Source: Thermotogota bacterium
GTDB lineage: Bacteria > Thermotogota > Thermotogae > UBA12178
Assembly: GCA_021161835.1 (NCBI GenBank)
Contig: JAGGZV010000037.1
Coordinates: 21,806-85,805 of the forward strand
Direction of reading: 5' to 3'
DNA length: 64,000 nt
Below are positions 31,056 to 40,756 of this stretch, piece after piece. Made by a program: the position numbers and the translations under genes. Every line of letters starts with the position of its first letter. Position 1 is the stretch's first letter. The notes below the pieces were generated by a model. The model had not been told where the DNA came from. It did not search any database and was given only the letters and a program-made list of their open reading frames with translations.

Positions 31056-32614
31056 TCCTTTCCCTGAGTGCCGAAAACTTCGGTATTTTTGGCGAACTTC
31101 ATGTGGAATTCTCGAAGGGTCTGAATGTCATCACAGGCTCTTCAGGAGCAGGCAAATCCATGTTACTCGAACTCATTCTCCTGCTCTGTGGAGCCAGAGC
31201 CAGTGTGCCTGTATTCACGGAAAGAGCCTACGCTGAAATGTTGCTGGATACAGGGAAAGAAGAACCACTCATAGTCAGCCTGCGATCTCTGAGGGGAAGA
31301 TTGAACTATCGATTGAACGGTGAGAGTGTTCCGAGAACAACGGTATACAACACGTTGGAAGAACTTGTAGAGATACACAAACAAGGTGTTACGTGGACCC
31401 TCACACGCAGAAATGTTCAGAGCGGTTTCATAGATCGTCTGGTTCCCGAAGAGCTACTCAAAGAGTATTCGAAGATATACAGAGAATACAGAAAATACAG
31501 GGACATATTGAATACCATCGAGGATGTCAACGAGCTGGAAGTGAGGAGAGATTACCTCAAGAGTGAAACGAGAAAATTGAAAGAATTGCTGGAGAATATC
31601 GAAGATGAAGAAAGGTTTATGGACGAAGTGAAGACACAGGAAAATGCAGAGATGATTCGTGAAAATGCTCAGCAGCTGAAGGATGTACTTGAAAAGGGAA
31701 AGGAAAATCTTGTGGAAGCCTTCGGCATAGCCGAAAATATGGAAAGATTGGGTATACGTACTTTCAAGGAAATGATACAGGATATCCTGGAAACCACGAA
31801 CGAACTCATCAGGATGGCGGATGAAAAAATGATGGAAATGGATACGATGGATGCAGATACACTGGAACACCTCAGGAAACTCTCCGAGCTTCTGAGATGG
31901 GCAAAGTACAAATATGGGCCAGCTCTAGAGGAAATCAGGAAAAACTACTCCATCATGGAAAAAGAAATCCAGGAAATCGATGAAAAATTGAAACTGGTGG
32001 AAAGAGCCAGGAATGAGATTATTGAAGTGCGTATGAGATTGAAAGAGGTGGGAGAAAAGTTAGAATCTCTTCGCGCAGATGCCGCCGAACGGATAGAGAG
32101 CAAAGTGAAGGAACATCTGAAAGAGCTGGGAATGAAGGGTGCTGAAATAGAATTCATCTTCACCGAACGTGACGAACCTGGAGTTCACGGCTTAAAAGAT
32201 GTGGTACTGAATGTACGCACTATTGAAGATGCGCCCTTTGCGCCCATTGAAGAGGTGGCATCGGGTGGTGAGCTTTCCAGAATATATCTTGCACTGAATT
32301 TGACAACTCAAACCAGAAATAAAATCCTTATCTTCGACGAGGTGGAAAGTGGTTTGGGACAACGATATGCCAATGTACTCGCACGTTTTATGAAAAGACT
32401 GGCACGTGATAATCAGGTTATACTGATAACCCACCTGCCCGAGATGGCGATGGCAGCAGAAAACCACATAGTAGTGAGGAAGGAAGGGAGCCACGCCAGG
32501 GTCGAGAAAGTTGAAGGTGAAGAGAAGATCCACGAATTAGTCCAGATGTACGGTGGAGGTGTATCACCCGAAGTGGTGAGAAAGGAGTACAGAAAATGGA
32601 AAGACACGAAGTGA
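31052..32614 (+). CDS. recN: DNA repair protein RecN
   Basis: N-terminal Walker [12 protein letters not shown], long coiled-coil middle, C-terminal LSGGE signature and Walker [12 protein letters not shown]. Confidence 0.8.
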   Translation: MILSLSAENFGIFGELHVEFSKGLNVITGSSGAGKSMLLELILLLCGARASVPVFTERAYAEMLLDTGKEEPLIVSLRSLRGRLNYRLNGESVPRTTVYNTLEELVEIHKQGVTWTLTRRNVQSGFIDRLVPEELLKEYSKIYREYRKYRDILNTIEDVNELEVRRDYLKSETRKLKELLENIEDEERFMDEVKTQENAEMIRENAQQLKDVLEKGKENLVEAFGIAENMERLGIRTFKEMIQDILETTNELIRMADEKMMEMDTMDADTLEHLRKLSELLRWAKYKYGPALEEIRKNYSIMEKEIQEIDEKLKLVERARNEIIEVRMRLKEVGEKLESLRADAAERIESKVKEHLKELGMKGAEIEFIFTERDEPGVHGLKDVVLNVRTIEDAPFAPIEEVASGGELSRIYLALNLTTQTRNKILIFDEVESGLGQRYANVLARFMKRLARDNQVILITHLPEMAMAAENHIVVRKEGSHARVEKVEGEEKIHELVQMYGGGVSPEVVRKEYRKWKDTK

Positions 32615-33237
32615 TACAGAAGATAGTTGATGAACTCGGAGAAAAGGCCATACCCAGATTGGTAGATATGCTGAAAAAGGAAGAGGATCCCGAGTTATGG
32701 GAACTGGTGTGCGATGCGCTGGCAGTGTTGGGAAATAAAGGTATGGAAGCGCTGTACAGCGTGTTCATGGAAGCCATCACCCCCCATCCCATACCCAACG
32801 ATCCCTTTCCACTTGTAATAGCAGGAATTCTGGCAGAACACAAGTACAAAAAAATCGAAAAACATCTACCTCTTCTCATGGAATATTACGATGAACTGGG
32901 GCAGCTGTTGATATACGACATGATGGTAGAACTGGGGAAATACCATGAAAAGCTCCCTGAAATCATCGCATATCATTTGCTGGATGAAGAAAGCGATCGG
33001 GAAGTGGTGGAAATTTCGGCGATGATACTAGGCAAGATGGCAACGGAAGAAAGTTTGCAGATCCTTCTGAATGCATACGAAAAGATCGAGGATCATTCCA
33101 TCCGTGCTATCATAGTGGAGGCAATATACAAATCTCTGGTGGAAAATCCCGCTCTCGAAAGCAGACTTCGCGATCACAACAGGAGTGAGGAAGTGCTCGA
33201 GAAAATGAGAATCTTCCTCGATACTTCCTCCTCTTAA
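32596..33237 (+). CDS. HEAT/ARM-like alpha-helical repeat protein, function unknown
   Basis: 213 aa, all-helical repeat pattern (IPRLVDMLKKEEDPELWELVCDALAVLG...). Overlaps the recN stop. Confidence 0.4.
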   Translation: MERHEVIQKIVDELGEKAIPRLVDMLKKEEDPELWELVCDALAVLGNKGMEALYSVFMEAITPHPIPNDPFPLVIAGILAEHKYKKIEKHLPLLMEYYDELGQLLIYDMMVELGKYHEKLPEIIAYHLLDEESDREVVEISAMILGKMATEESLQILLNAYEKIEDHSIRAIIVEAIYKSLVENPALESRLRDHNRSEEVLEKMRIFLDTSSS

Positions 33238-33359
33238 TTCCCCAATTGCCCACGTATTTGTTTCGTTCCTTGAACAAAATGTCTCTTCGTGGTGTCTGAA
33301 TAAGGTACGCAAATAACGAGAATGGTGATATGAGCATACCCAGATGTGGAGGTGGTGCT

Positions 33360-33851
33360 ATGAAAAGAGTTGTTTTGTTCGGTATTTTGGTGGTGCTAAC
33401 ATCAATCGCTGTATTTGCCCTGGAAGTCGGAGCAATGGGTGGTATGGAAATGGGAGGACGCAACAGACCCTTCATCGGTGCGAAGCTTGGACTTTCAACT
33501 GATTCTGGTTTGGGGTTGTCGCTGGAAGCATATCTCCCTGTAAGTTCCTTTGCAACAGCACAGGAAGAGATCGAAGAGGCGCGTTTCGTTGAAGTGGATC
33601 CCTTCCTGCTGTTCACCCTCCCCATAGGCACATCCAGGATCTACGCAGGTGTGGCCCCCATACTGATATACGACATGGAAACAGGTGATGCAGGACTCTA
33701 CTCGGACAGGATCGTGCACGCGAAGGTGGGTGTCTCATCCGGCAGCCTGATAAGGTTCTTCATCGAGGTCATGAGTTCCTTCACCTACGATCCGGAAATT
33801 ATGTCGCTGGGGATTTACACCATCAACGTTGGTGCAGCGTTGGGACTATGA
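33360..33851 (+). CDS. small secreted/outer-membrane beta-barrel-like protein
   Basis: Signal peptide MKRVVLFGILVVLTSIAVFA. Alternating hydrophobic pattern with a C-terminal aromatic/Leu end (NVGAALGL). I moved the start to the MKRVV methionine. Confidence 0.4.
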   Translation: MKRVVLFGILVVLTSIAVFALEVGAMGGMEMGGRNRPFIGAKLGLSTDSGLGLSLEAYLPVSSFATAQEEIEEARFVEVDPFLLFTLPIGTSRIYAGVAPILIYDMETGDAGLYSDRIVHAKVGVSSGSLIRFFIEVMSSFTYDPEIMSLGIYTINVGAALGL

Positions 33852-33871
33852 GGAAAAGGAGGTGAACAAGG

Positions 33872-34951
33872 ATGAAAAAGAATGTACTCACGAAGCTCTG
33901 TCTTCTCTCCCTTTTACTGGTGGTGATAGTTGCGTGCACACAGATCCCCACAATACCCGGCGTTGTTCCACCAGATCCGTCTGACACTATAAAACCGTCG
34001 AGCTGGGGTAACACCATTCGAATCTACGGTGCAGTGGACAAAGAACCCTTTTTAACCCCTCTGGCCATACCGGATGTGGTGAAGATAAAACTCAACATAC
34101 CCAGCTACGCTAAAGAAGAGCTCTCGGAGGATAACTTCCTGGTTTTCGAAGACGATAAAGCACAGGGATTCCTGTTATTCAAAGAAAGCAGTGTCCGATC
34201 CTTCGATAAGGTGGATATAGCGCTGATAGTCGATGTTACGGGAAGCATGGGTGACGAGATAGCGGGAGTTAAAAGCAGTATATCCAATTTCATAAACGAT
34301 CTCACGAGCATGGGTATAGATGTGAGGGTGGGGATAATGCCATATGGAGACTACGCACCGGCGAGTCCCACAACGGACGATGAAGTAGGATTCGATCCCC
34401 CATTTCTCGACCTATCCGATCTCACCGCCGCCGCTTCGTATGCCAATCAGTTGGACCTTGGATATGGCGGAGACGGTCCTGAAAACGCGTACGGGGCCAT
34501 AATGAAAGCCTGGGAAGAAATGTCATGGAGAGACGACGCGAGAAAGATCTTCATATTGATAACAGATGCGGTTTCACATTACAGGGGTGACGGAGCGTAT
34601 CAACCTTTCGAACCTCAGTACACCAAAGAAGAAGTTATAGATGCTCTGAGTACACATGCCACCCTTCACATAGTTGCCTCTGTAGGATGGTACTATTCCG
34701 AGAGTGACACCGATTTCTCCAATCCAAATGATCCGCGAGAAATAGCGATTCAAACAGGAGGATATGTCATCTACTTCAATCCTGGTGAAACCTTCGATCT
34801 CACAGCGCTTGGTATAACTGAAGCAATAACATCTTCCTGGATCGTCGCATTCGAAAGTGACTCGCCAGCAGCAACACATACTATAGAGATCTTCTTCGAA
34901 GCATCCGATGGTAATCAGGGATACCTGAAACTCGCAGGAATCGAATACTGA
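33872..34951 (+). CDS. lipoprotein with von Willebrand factor type A (vWA) domain
   Basis: Lipobox LVVIVAC. vWA/MIDAS-like DIALIVDVTGSMGDE ... FILITDAVSH. Confidence 0.6.
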   Translation: MKKNVLTKLCLLSLLLVVIVACTQIPTIPGVVPPDPSDTIKPSSWGNTIRIYGAVDKEPFLTPLAIPDVVKIKLNIPSYAKEELSEDNFLVFEDDKAQGFLLFKESSVRSFDKVDIALIVDVTGSMGDEIAGVKSSISNFINDLTSMGIDVRVGIMPYGDYAPASPTTDDEVGFDPPFLDLSDLTAAASYANQLDLGYGGDGPENAYGAIMKAWEEMSWRDDARKIFILITDAVSHYRGDGAYQPFEPQYTKEEVIDALSTHATLHIVASVGWYYSESDTDFSNPNDPREIAIQTGGYVIYFNPGETFDLTALGITEAITSSWIVAFESDSPAATHTIEIFFEASDGNQGYLKLAGIEY

Positions 34952-34969
34952 GAATAGAAAGTGACGCGC

Positions 34970-35788
34970 TCAGCCAGTCGGTGAAGCCGGCTGGCTTTCT
35001 TCCATTTTTTCCCGCATCGCTTCTATACGCCGAACGAATCTATCTGATATATCGTGATTAAGAATCCTTCCAACGTCTTCTGTTTTCAACTCTTTAGAAG
35101 CTTTCAACGCAGTAAGTAGATCGGCGAACACACCGAGTTCGACAGCATAATATCTTTTGCCAGATGGGGCAGTGTAGGAATAGACAAATGCAGGTAGATC
35201 GTTCATCCGCAGCAGTTTCACCTTGTTGTAGGCATGTTCGAAATCCAGATAGGCCAGCAACTGTATGGAGTAGAAGTGTGTTATGGCACTGGTGCTCAAA
35301 TCGCTGGGTTCCACGAACCTTATGAAAACATACGTATTCGTGGAGTATTCGTCTATAAGATACTGTGGAGAGGCTTCGAGAGCAAGGTACACCACGTCGG
35401 GACTCGCTTCAACGGAAAGAAGAAATGTGTCCGAGCTGCTCACGGATATCTTCATGTGTTCCACCAGAAAGGAAAAATCGGGGCTTTCCACTTCCACATA
35501 CCTGGAAAGATCGACTGTAGCTCCCTCCAGCGTTATTCCAGCTGACGGCACCGGAGGAAGGAAAACCTTCTCCTCGGTGGTCGATGTGGACACACGAGAA
35601 CCTTCAGAACGCTTTACCACGACGGGTCTTCCACCAGTCTTTATCTCCTCTATCTTCAACTCGTATTCCTTTATTGTCAATTTCAGGATCACCGTGTAGG
35701 CACCCAATCCCATGACGATTATACTCAGTATCACTATTATGATGACCAATATTCTTGCCTGAAGTTGTGTAAGAGTCACCTTTTTCAT
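34970..35788 (-). CDS. membrane-anchored protein with C-terminal SPOR-like (peptidoglycan-binding) domain
   Basis: N-terminal TM (ILVIIIVILSIIVMGLGAYTVIL). C-terminal YSIQLLAYLDFEHAYNKVKLL...RYYAVELGVFADLLTALKASKEL resembles a SPOR repeat. Confidence 0.5.
   Translation of the reverse strand: MKKVTLTQLQARILVIIIVILSIIVMGLGAYTVILKLTIKEYELKIEEIKTGGRPVVVKRSEGSRVSTSTTEEKVFLPPVPSAGITLEGATVDLSRYVEVESPDFSFLVEHMKISVSSSDTFLLSVEASPDVVYLALEASPQYLIDEYSTNTYVFIRFVEPSDLSTSAITHFYSIQLLAYLDFEHAYNKVKLLRMNDLPAFVYSYTAPSGKRYYAVELGVFADLLTALKASKELKTEDVGRILNHDISDRFVRRIEAMREKMEESQPASPTG
34972..35010 (+). terminator. probable rho-independent terminator downstream of the vWA lipoprotein gene
   Basis: Stem agccagtcgg/ccggctggct (10 bp, one G.U), loop tgaag, followed by ttcttccatttttt. 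It overlaps the 3' end of the convergent SPOR gene. Confidence 0.4.
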
Positions 35789-36798
35789 CCCATCAGGGTT
35801 ATCCCCCTTTCCATTGCATCTATGAGAAGCTCTCTGAACGTATGAGGCTCCATCTTCAGAGATGTCATACTTCCAATGCCTGTGAGGACGGATATCTTCA
35901 CACCCTCGGATCTTCGTTCGAAAACTTCTATGAGATGGCTGTAATCCAGCGGGATACGTTTATCGACTCTCAACCTCGCGAGGATTTCCCTGATTCTGGT
36001 ATAATCTTTCAAAGAGAGATATCCTCCTTTGTAAGCCATCTCAAGCTCCACCACAGCTGCTATGGTGTATGCAATGGGATAATCCATTCTCAAACCTGTG
36101 GATTCTTGCACGTAACCCACCAGATTCTCCCCCAGGGGTAACGGAGCATTGCATGCATGAGCTGTGGCTCTGAGTTTGAAAACGGACCACACCATATCCT
36201 CGAGGGGCATGGAGAAGAGGTTCTTCTTCATGTAATCGAACAATGCAGAATCGTAACTGGCTGCATTGCAAATCGCTATGGTCATGGCACCGTACACGTT
36301 ACGCTTATCTTCCGTAGAACTCAAAGTCGGGTCTATCAGTATCGAAGTCGGTACCCCTTCCACATAAACTCTGTCTTTTTTCCAATCGAAATTCAAAAAG
36401 AACTTGTTCTGGAAGAACCCCATCATCATCGAAGAAAGTGTTGAAGGTATCACCATGAGGAGTTTGTTCGACTGCGTGGTGGTTACGGCGTAACCCACCG
36501 TGTCTATGACAGCGCCTCCACCTATCACCACAAATTCCTCAACCTTTGTAGCATGTTCGTCGATGATGGGATAGAGTTCCACCGCCGTTCCCACAGATTT
36601 AGATATCTCTCCCCCGTACACCGGATGATGTGGAAAATCTCTGATGAGCTTGTCCCAGTAGAGCTTTATTTTGGTATCAACGAAGATGAATTTACCGTGA
36701 AACAACTCTTTCCTGCGTTCCAGCAGTACTCCTGGTTCCAGCTTTATTATGCTCTTCATCTCCTTCTCCCAGCTGTAGGAAAGAGTCCTTTCCTTCAA
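35785..36798 (-). CDS. dehydroquinate-synthase-like superfamily protein, glycerol-1-phosphate dehydrogenase / glycerol dehydrogenase-like
   Basis: VIGGGAVIDTVGYAV glycine-rich NAD(P) loop. The GGG.IDT form matches GldA/G1PDH-type members rather than AroB. 337 aa. Confidence 0.5.
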   Translation of the reverse strand: MKERTLSYSWEKEMKSIIKLEPGVLLERRKELFHGKFIFVDTKIKLYWDKLIRDFPHHPVYGGEISKSVGTAVELYPIIDEHATKVEEFVVIGGGAVIDTVGYAVTTTQSNKLLMVIPSTLSSMMMGFFQNKFFLNFDWKKDRVYVEGVPTSILIDPTLSSTEDKRNVYGAMTIAICNAASYDSALFDYMKKNLFSMPLEDMVWSVFKLRATAHACNAPLPLGENLVGYVQESTGLRMDYPIAYTIAAVVELEMAYKGGYLSLKDYTRIREILARLRVDKRIPLDYSHLIEVFERRSEGVKISVLTGIGSMTSLKMEPHTFRELLIDAMERGITLMG

Positions 36799-37817
36799 TC
36801 GAACGCCTCCTCCACATAGTGTTTCAACAACTTCACAGTATTCAGAACATCGCTTTCACTCACCACTTCATGGGGCGAATGAACATACCTGGTGGGTATG
36901 GATACCGTGGCGCTGGGGATGCCAGATCTCGTCCTCTGATAAGCTGCTGCGTTGGTTCCACCGAGTATCAACACCTCCATTTGGTGAGGTATACCATGCT
37001 TTTCTGCCACCTCGATGAGCCTGTCAACCACCTTTCTGTCGCTTATGGATGCTCGATCCATGACTTTTATAGCAGGACCAGCATCCAGCTTCATGGCCAT
37101 TCGCTTGTTAGCCTTGGGTGTATCCACTGATGCCGTAACGTCCACCGCTATGGCTACATCGGGTTGCAGATCGTACGCCGCCACACTTGCACCCACCAAT
37201 CCCGTCTCCTCCTGCATTGAAAATACACAGTATACCGTGTATCTGGGATCGACGAGTTCTCTCATGAGCTGGACCAGCACCGCACAACCTATCCTATCAT
37301 CCATAGCCTTTGAAACATACCTACCAGCACTCTCACGGAACCGGGAATCGTAAACACCGAACGTGCCTATCTTGATACGTTCCATCAACTCTTCTTTCGA
37401 AGAAGCGCACACATCAACGTATATTTTATCGAAGCTCAGTTCTTTCAAATTTTTGTTGTATTCCTCGATGCTCTCCCCCTCAACTCCAACGATACCGTAA
37501 ACAGGAGGATCAACCAGAAACCTTATCCCGGCTCCCAGCAGATACCGTGGACTCATACCACCAATAGGTTCCACTCTGAGGAAAGCTTCATCTATATGTG
37601 TCACCACAACACCTATCTCGTCCATGTGAGCGTCAAAGAGGATCTTTTTATTTTCTCTTCCATTTTTCCAGACAATGAGATTACCCACTTTGTCTACCCT
37701 GTACCCATCCACATGACCATCAAGCGATCGAAGGATCGCCTCCCTTATTTCTTCTTCTCTGCCGCTGGGACCCTCCACCTCGGTGAATTTTTTCACCAGA
37801 TCTCTCAGTTTCTCCAT
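36795..37817 (-). CDS. M42-family aminopeptidase (TET/FrvX-type), paralog 1
   Basis: N-terminus MEKLRDLVKKFTEVEGPSGREEEIREAI and HMDEIG metal-binding motif. Confidence 0.85.
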   Translation of the reverse strand: MEKLRDLVKKFTEVEGPSGREEEIREAILRSLDGHVDGYRVDKVGNLIVWKNGRENKKILFDAHMDEIGVVVTHIDEAFLRVEPIGGMSPRYLLGAGIRFLVDPPVYGIVGVEGESIEEYNKNLKELSFDKIYVDVCASSKEELMERIKIGTFGVYDSRFRESAGRYVSKAMDDRIGCAVLVQLMRELVDPRYTVYCVFSMQEETGLVGASVAAYDLQPDVAIAVDVTASVDTPKANKRMAMKLDAGPAIKVMDRASISDRKVVDRLIEVAEKHGIPHQMEVLILGGTNAAAYQRTRSGIPSATVSIPTRYVHSPHEVVSESDVLNTVKLLKHYVEEAFD

Positions 37818-38824
37818 GCTTTCTTCACCTCTCCTTCCATTACAAGTAGTTGCATGAGTTTCAACGTCTCATGGTAATCATCCTTTCTCATCAGCGAAAC
37901 AGGTGAGTGGATGTATCTACATGGTATGGAAACCACACCGGCAGGCACACCGTACGCACTCCTTGCGAACCTGAAAGCGTCGGTTCCCCCCGCCGTTCTC
38001 CTCTTGTACTGGTAGCGTATACCAGCTTCTTCAGCTGTCTCCACTATGGTTTGAAAAACTCTGGGATCAACAACGTATCCCCTGTGTGCGAACGTCACAG
38101 CGGGACCATCACCCAGATGAGTTGCCCACCTGTACTCTTCCAGTTCCGGCACATCACCAGCTGTGGTGGTCTCGACCACTATCGCCACATCTGGTTTAAC
38201 CTGCTCAACGACCACCGAGCTCCCTCTCAGCCCCGTTTCTTCCTGCACCAGAAAAGCGAAGATCGTATCATATGCTGGTTCACCTGAACTCAAAAGATCC
38301 ATCAATATCGAACATCCTCCCCTGTCGTCGAAAGCCTTGCCGGAGAAATATTCTCCCTTCTCCTCAAAGGTGGTCGTGAAGTACACGTAATCTCCAAGTT
38401 TAACGTTTTCAGCGGCTTCGTCCTTATTTTTGAATCCGCAGAAGACCTTTACATCACGCCACGCTGGAAATTTATCTTCCATTTTCTTCTGCAGGTGTAT
38501 GGGTTTGTAACCTATCACTCCATGCACATCCCCTATCCTGACTCTCTTTCCCAAGCACACCCTCACATCCAGACCTCCAACGGGTGCAACCCCAAGTGTT
38601 CCATCCTCGTTGATACGCACGACCATCATACCCACTTCATCCATGTGTGCGGCTATCAGGACTTTTTTATCTGACTCACGACCTTTCTTCAGAATCAAAA
38701 GATTGCCTACGTTGTCCACCCACATTTCATCAGCATATGATGCCATGTGGGACTTTATAAAATCTCTCACTTCCCCTTCATCGCCCGAGATACCAGATAA
38801 TTCCGACAATTCTTTCAGATACAC
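37805..38824 (-). CDS. M42-family aminopeptidase (TET/FrvX-type), paralog 2
   Basis: N-terminus LSELSGISGDEGEVRDFI with AHMDEVGMMV. Confidence 0.85.
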   Translation of the reverse strand: MYLKELSELSGISGDEGEVRDFIKSHMASYADEMWVDNVGNLLILKKGRESDKKVLIAAHMDEVGMMVVRINEDGTLGVAPVGGLDVRVCLGKRVRIGDVHGVIGYKPIHLQKKMEDKFPAWRDVKVFCGFKNKDEAAENVKLGDYVYFTTTFEEKGEYFSGKAFDDRGGCSILMDLLSSGEPAYDTIFAFLVQEETGLRGSSVVVEQVKPDVAIVVETTTAGDVPELEEYRWATHLGDGPAVTFAHRGYVVDPRVFQTIVETAEEAGIRYQYKRRTAGGTDAFRFARSAYGVPAGVVSIPCRYIHSPVSLMRKDDYHETLKLMQLLVMEGEVKKAWRN

Positions 38825-39840
38825 TGCCCGCCACCCCTTTCGAAATCCATGAAGAGTTCTACTATCAATCTTGCAGCCATTTCCACATCCCCGGGATCCA
38901 CCACCTCCACAGGAGTGTGCATGTAGAGCAGTGGTACAGAAATCAGAAGAGTTTTGATGCCTCTTCCAACCAGCTGGACTTGATCCGTGTCGGTACCCGA
39001 TCTACCGGGTACAGGTTCAACTTGGTAGGGTATGGAGAGCTTTTCTGCCACATCACATGCTCTTTGAAATAACGTCCTATCCACCGGTGCACCAACAGCT
39101 ATGGCGGGGCCTTTGCCCAGCTCTATCCTGTTCATGCCGGTGTCCTCGTTGGCATGCGTCACATCCACAACGATGGCATAATCCGGCTCGAGTGCATACG
39201 CTGCCCCTCCGGCACCTGCCCCTCCCGTTTCCTCAGTCGTGTTGAAAACCACAGATACCCTGAAACCAAACCGCCTCTCTTTCAGATACTCACACACCTT
39301 AACCAGAACTGCACAGCTTGCCCTGTTGTCGAGTGCCTTACCCGATACGTACCCGCTTTTCAATTCGCATGGTTCCGCATCGACGATCACGGGATCTCCC
39401 ACCCTGATTCTCTCCACACCATCCAGCACGTCCACAAAGAGCTCTTCGTACATGGGAACTTTGTCTCTTTTGTCTTTGTCGAGCAAGTGTGGCGCAACAG
39501 CACCGACTATTCCATCGACAACTCCGGAACGTGTATGTATACGCACTCTCTGAGATACGAGTATCTTGGGATCAACACCACCTACAGGAGTTATACGAAC
39601 GAAGCCACCTTCCTCGAGCTTCGAAACGACCCCTCCTATTTCGTCCATATGAGCGAAGAGCGCCCAGTGTGGGGAACCATCGGGGTTTATCGTGGCCACA
39701 ACGTTACCCAATACATCCCTCCTTACCCCATCGACCTCATCTGCCACCAATTGTTCGATCTCCCTAGCCACTTCCTCTTCGAACCCCGCTGGTCCAAAAG
39801 AAGTCGAGAGACGTTTCAAGATCTCCCTGGTTTCCATCAT
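38815..39840 (-). CDS. M42-family aminopeptidase (TET/FrvX-type), paralog 3
   Basis: N-terminus LSTSFGPAGFEEEVAREI with AHMDEIGGVV. Confidence 0.85.
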   Translation of the reverse strand: MMETREILKRLSTSFGPAGFEEEVAREIEQLVADEVDGVRRDVLGNVVATINPDGSPHWALFAHMDEIGGVVSKLEEGGFVRITPVGGVDPKILVSQRVRIHTRSGVVDGIVGAVAPHLLDKDKRDKVPMYEELFVDVLDGVERIRVGDPVIVDAEPCELKSGYVSGKALDNRASCAVLVKVCEYLKERRFGFRVSVVFNTTEETGGAGAGGAAYALEPDYAIVVDVTHANEDTGMNRIELGKGPAIAVGAPVDRTLFQRACDVAEKLSIPYQVEPVPGRSGTDTDQVQLVGRGIKTLLISVPLLYMHTPVEVVDPGDVEMAARLIVELFMDFERGGGQCI

Positions 39841-40550
39841 TCTTCACCTCTGTTCTCGAATCTGAGATTATCGAACGGCTCCACCACTATCCTTCCCGTT
39901 CTTACATGTGCAACGGAAGGAACGTTTGAAGATGGAGGTTCGTTCATCGTATAACCTCCTATCTGCACGAAAGAAGGTGAAAAATCCAGAGCAGCTATCA
40001 AAGCCGTTTCTCCTTCACGCAAGCCTGCCTTTACCGAACCCTTCAAACTACCGAATATCACAACACTCCCTCCCGCCATCACCTCCGCTCCCGGATGTAC
40101 GTTGCCGAAAACCATTACACTGCCGTTATGAACGAGCAGCTGACCTGAACGCAGGTTTCTTTTCAAAACCTTCGTACCTTCCTGTTGCCTGGGAATCACA
40201 CCGGTGAATTTTTTCCCGGTTGCGACACCGGTACCCTTCTTGGATTTGCTCAAACTGACTTCGTCAACCCGGATACCGAACCTTTGAAGAAGACTCACTA
40301 TGCCTGGAAGATCGTTGCTATATTTCTCTCCTTCCGGGATCGAGAGCATCACTCTGTCACCCTCGGAGAAAAAACCCGACATACTCGAAATCAATCTCGA
40401 AATTTCCGTCTCAACATCCTCAAAATCTTCATATTCTTTTACAACAAGAACCAGACCCTCCTTAACCATTTTCAACTCCACCACATTTTTTCTATCTTTT
40501 TCTGACATACAGCATCCCTCCAAAACCCCTTGCATGAAAAATTCTACCAC
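39837..40550 (-). CDS. minC: septum site-determining protein MinC
   Basis: C-terminal beta-helix GSVMVFGNVHPGAEVMAGGSVVIFGSLKGSVKAG typical of MinC. No minD or minE adjacent. The true start may be the internal Met (MSEKDRK). Confidence 0.75.
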   Translation of the reverse strand: MVEFFMQGVLEGCCMSEKDRKNVVELKMVKEGLVLVVKEYEDFEDVETEISRLISSMSGFFSEGDRVMLSIPEGEKYSNDLPGIVSLLQRFGIRVDEVSLSKSKKGTGVATGKKFTGVIPRQQEGTKVLKRNLRSGQLLVHNGSVMVFGNVHPGAEVMAGGSVVIFGSLKGSVKAGLREGETALIAALDFSPSFVQIGGYTMNEPPSSNVPSVAHVRTGRIVVEPFDNLRFENRGEE

Positions 40551-40618
40551 TCTTCAAAACTCAAACGTTTATCTGAAAAAAGCTCATCTACTCCTTCAAC
40601 CTCAAGAGGCGTGGAACA

Positions 40619-40627
40619 TGATATAAT
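40619..40627 (+). promoter_or_regulatory. extended -10 promoter element (TGaTATAAT) for tRNA-Pro
   Basis: The sequence tgatataat ends 14 nt upstream of the mature tRNA 5' end. Confidence 0.4.
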
Positions 40628-40640
40628 ATATTCGGTTTGT

Positions 40641-40716
40641 CGGGGCGTAGCGCAGGTGGGAGCGCGCTTGCATGGGGCGCAAGAGGTCGCTGGTTCAAGT
40701 CCAGTCGCCCCGACCA
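40641..40716 (+). tRNA. tRNA-Pro (anticodon GGG)
   Basis: Folded by hand. Acceptor cggggcg/cgccccg. D-arm gcgc-aggtggga-gcgc. Anticodon stem cttgc/gcaag with loop atGGGgc and G37. T-arm gctgg-ttcaagt-ccagt. Encoded CCA. Length 76 nt. Confidence 0.85.
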
Positions 40717-40720
40717 ATTA

Positions 40721-40756
40721 AAAAGGGGAGGTTTCTTCCTCCCCTTTTATTCTTTA
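40721..40756. terminator. bidirectional rho-independent terminator shared by tRNA-Pro (+) and obg (-)
   Basis: Perfect 11-bp stem aaaaggggagg/cctcccctttt with loop tttctt, T-tract on the plus side and an A-tract (T on minus) on the other. The obg stop lies inside the stem. Confidence 0.6.
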
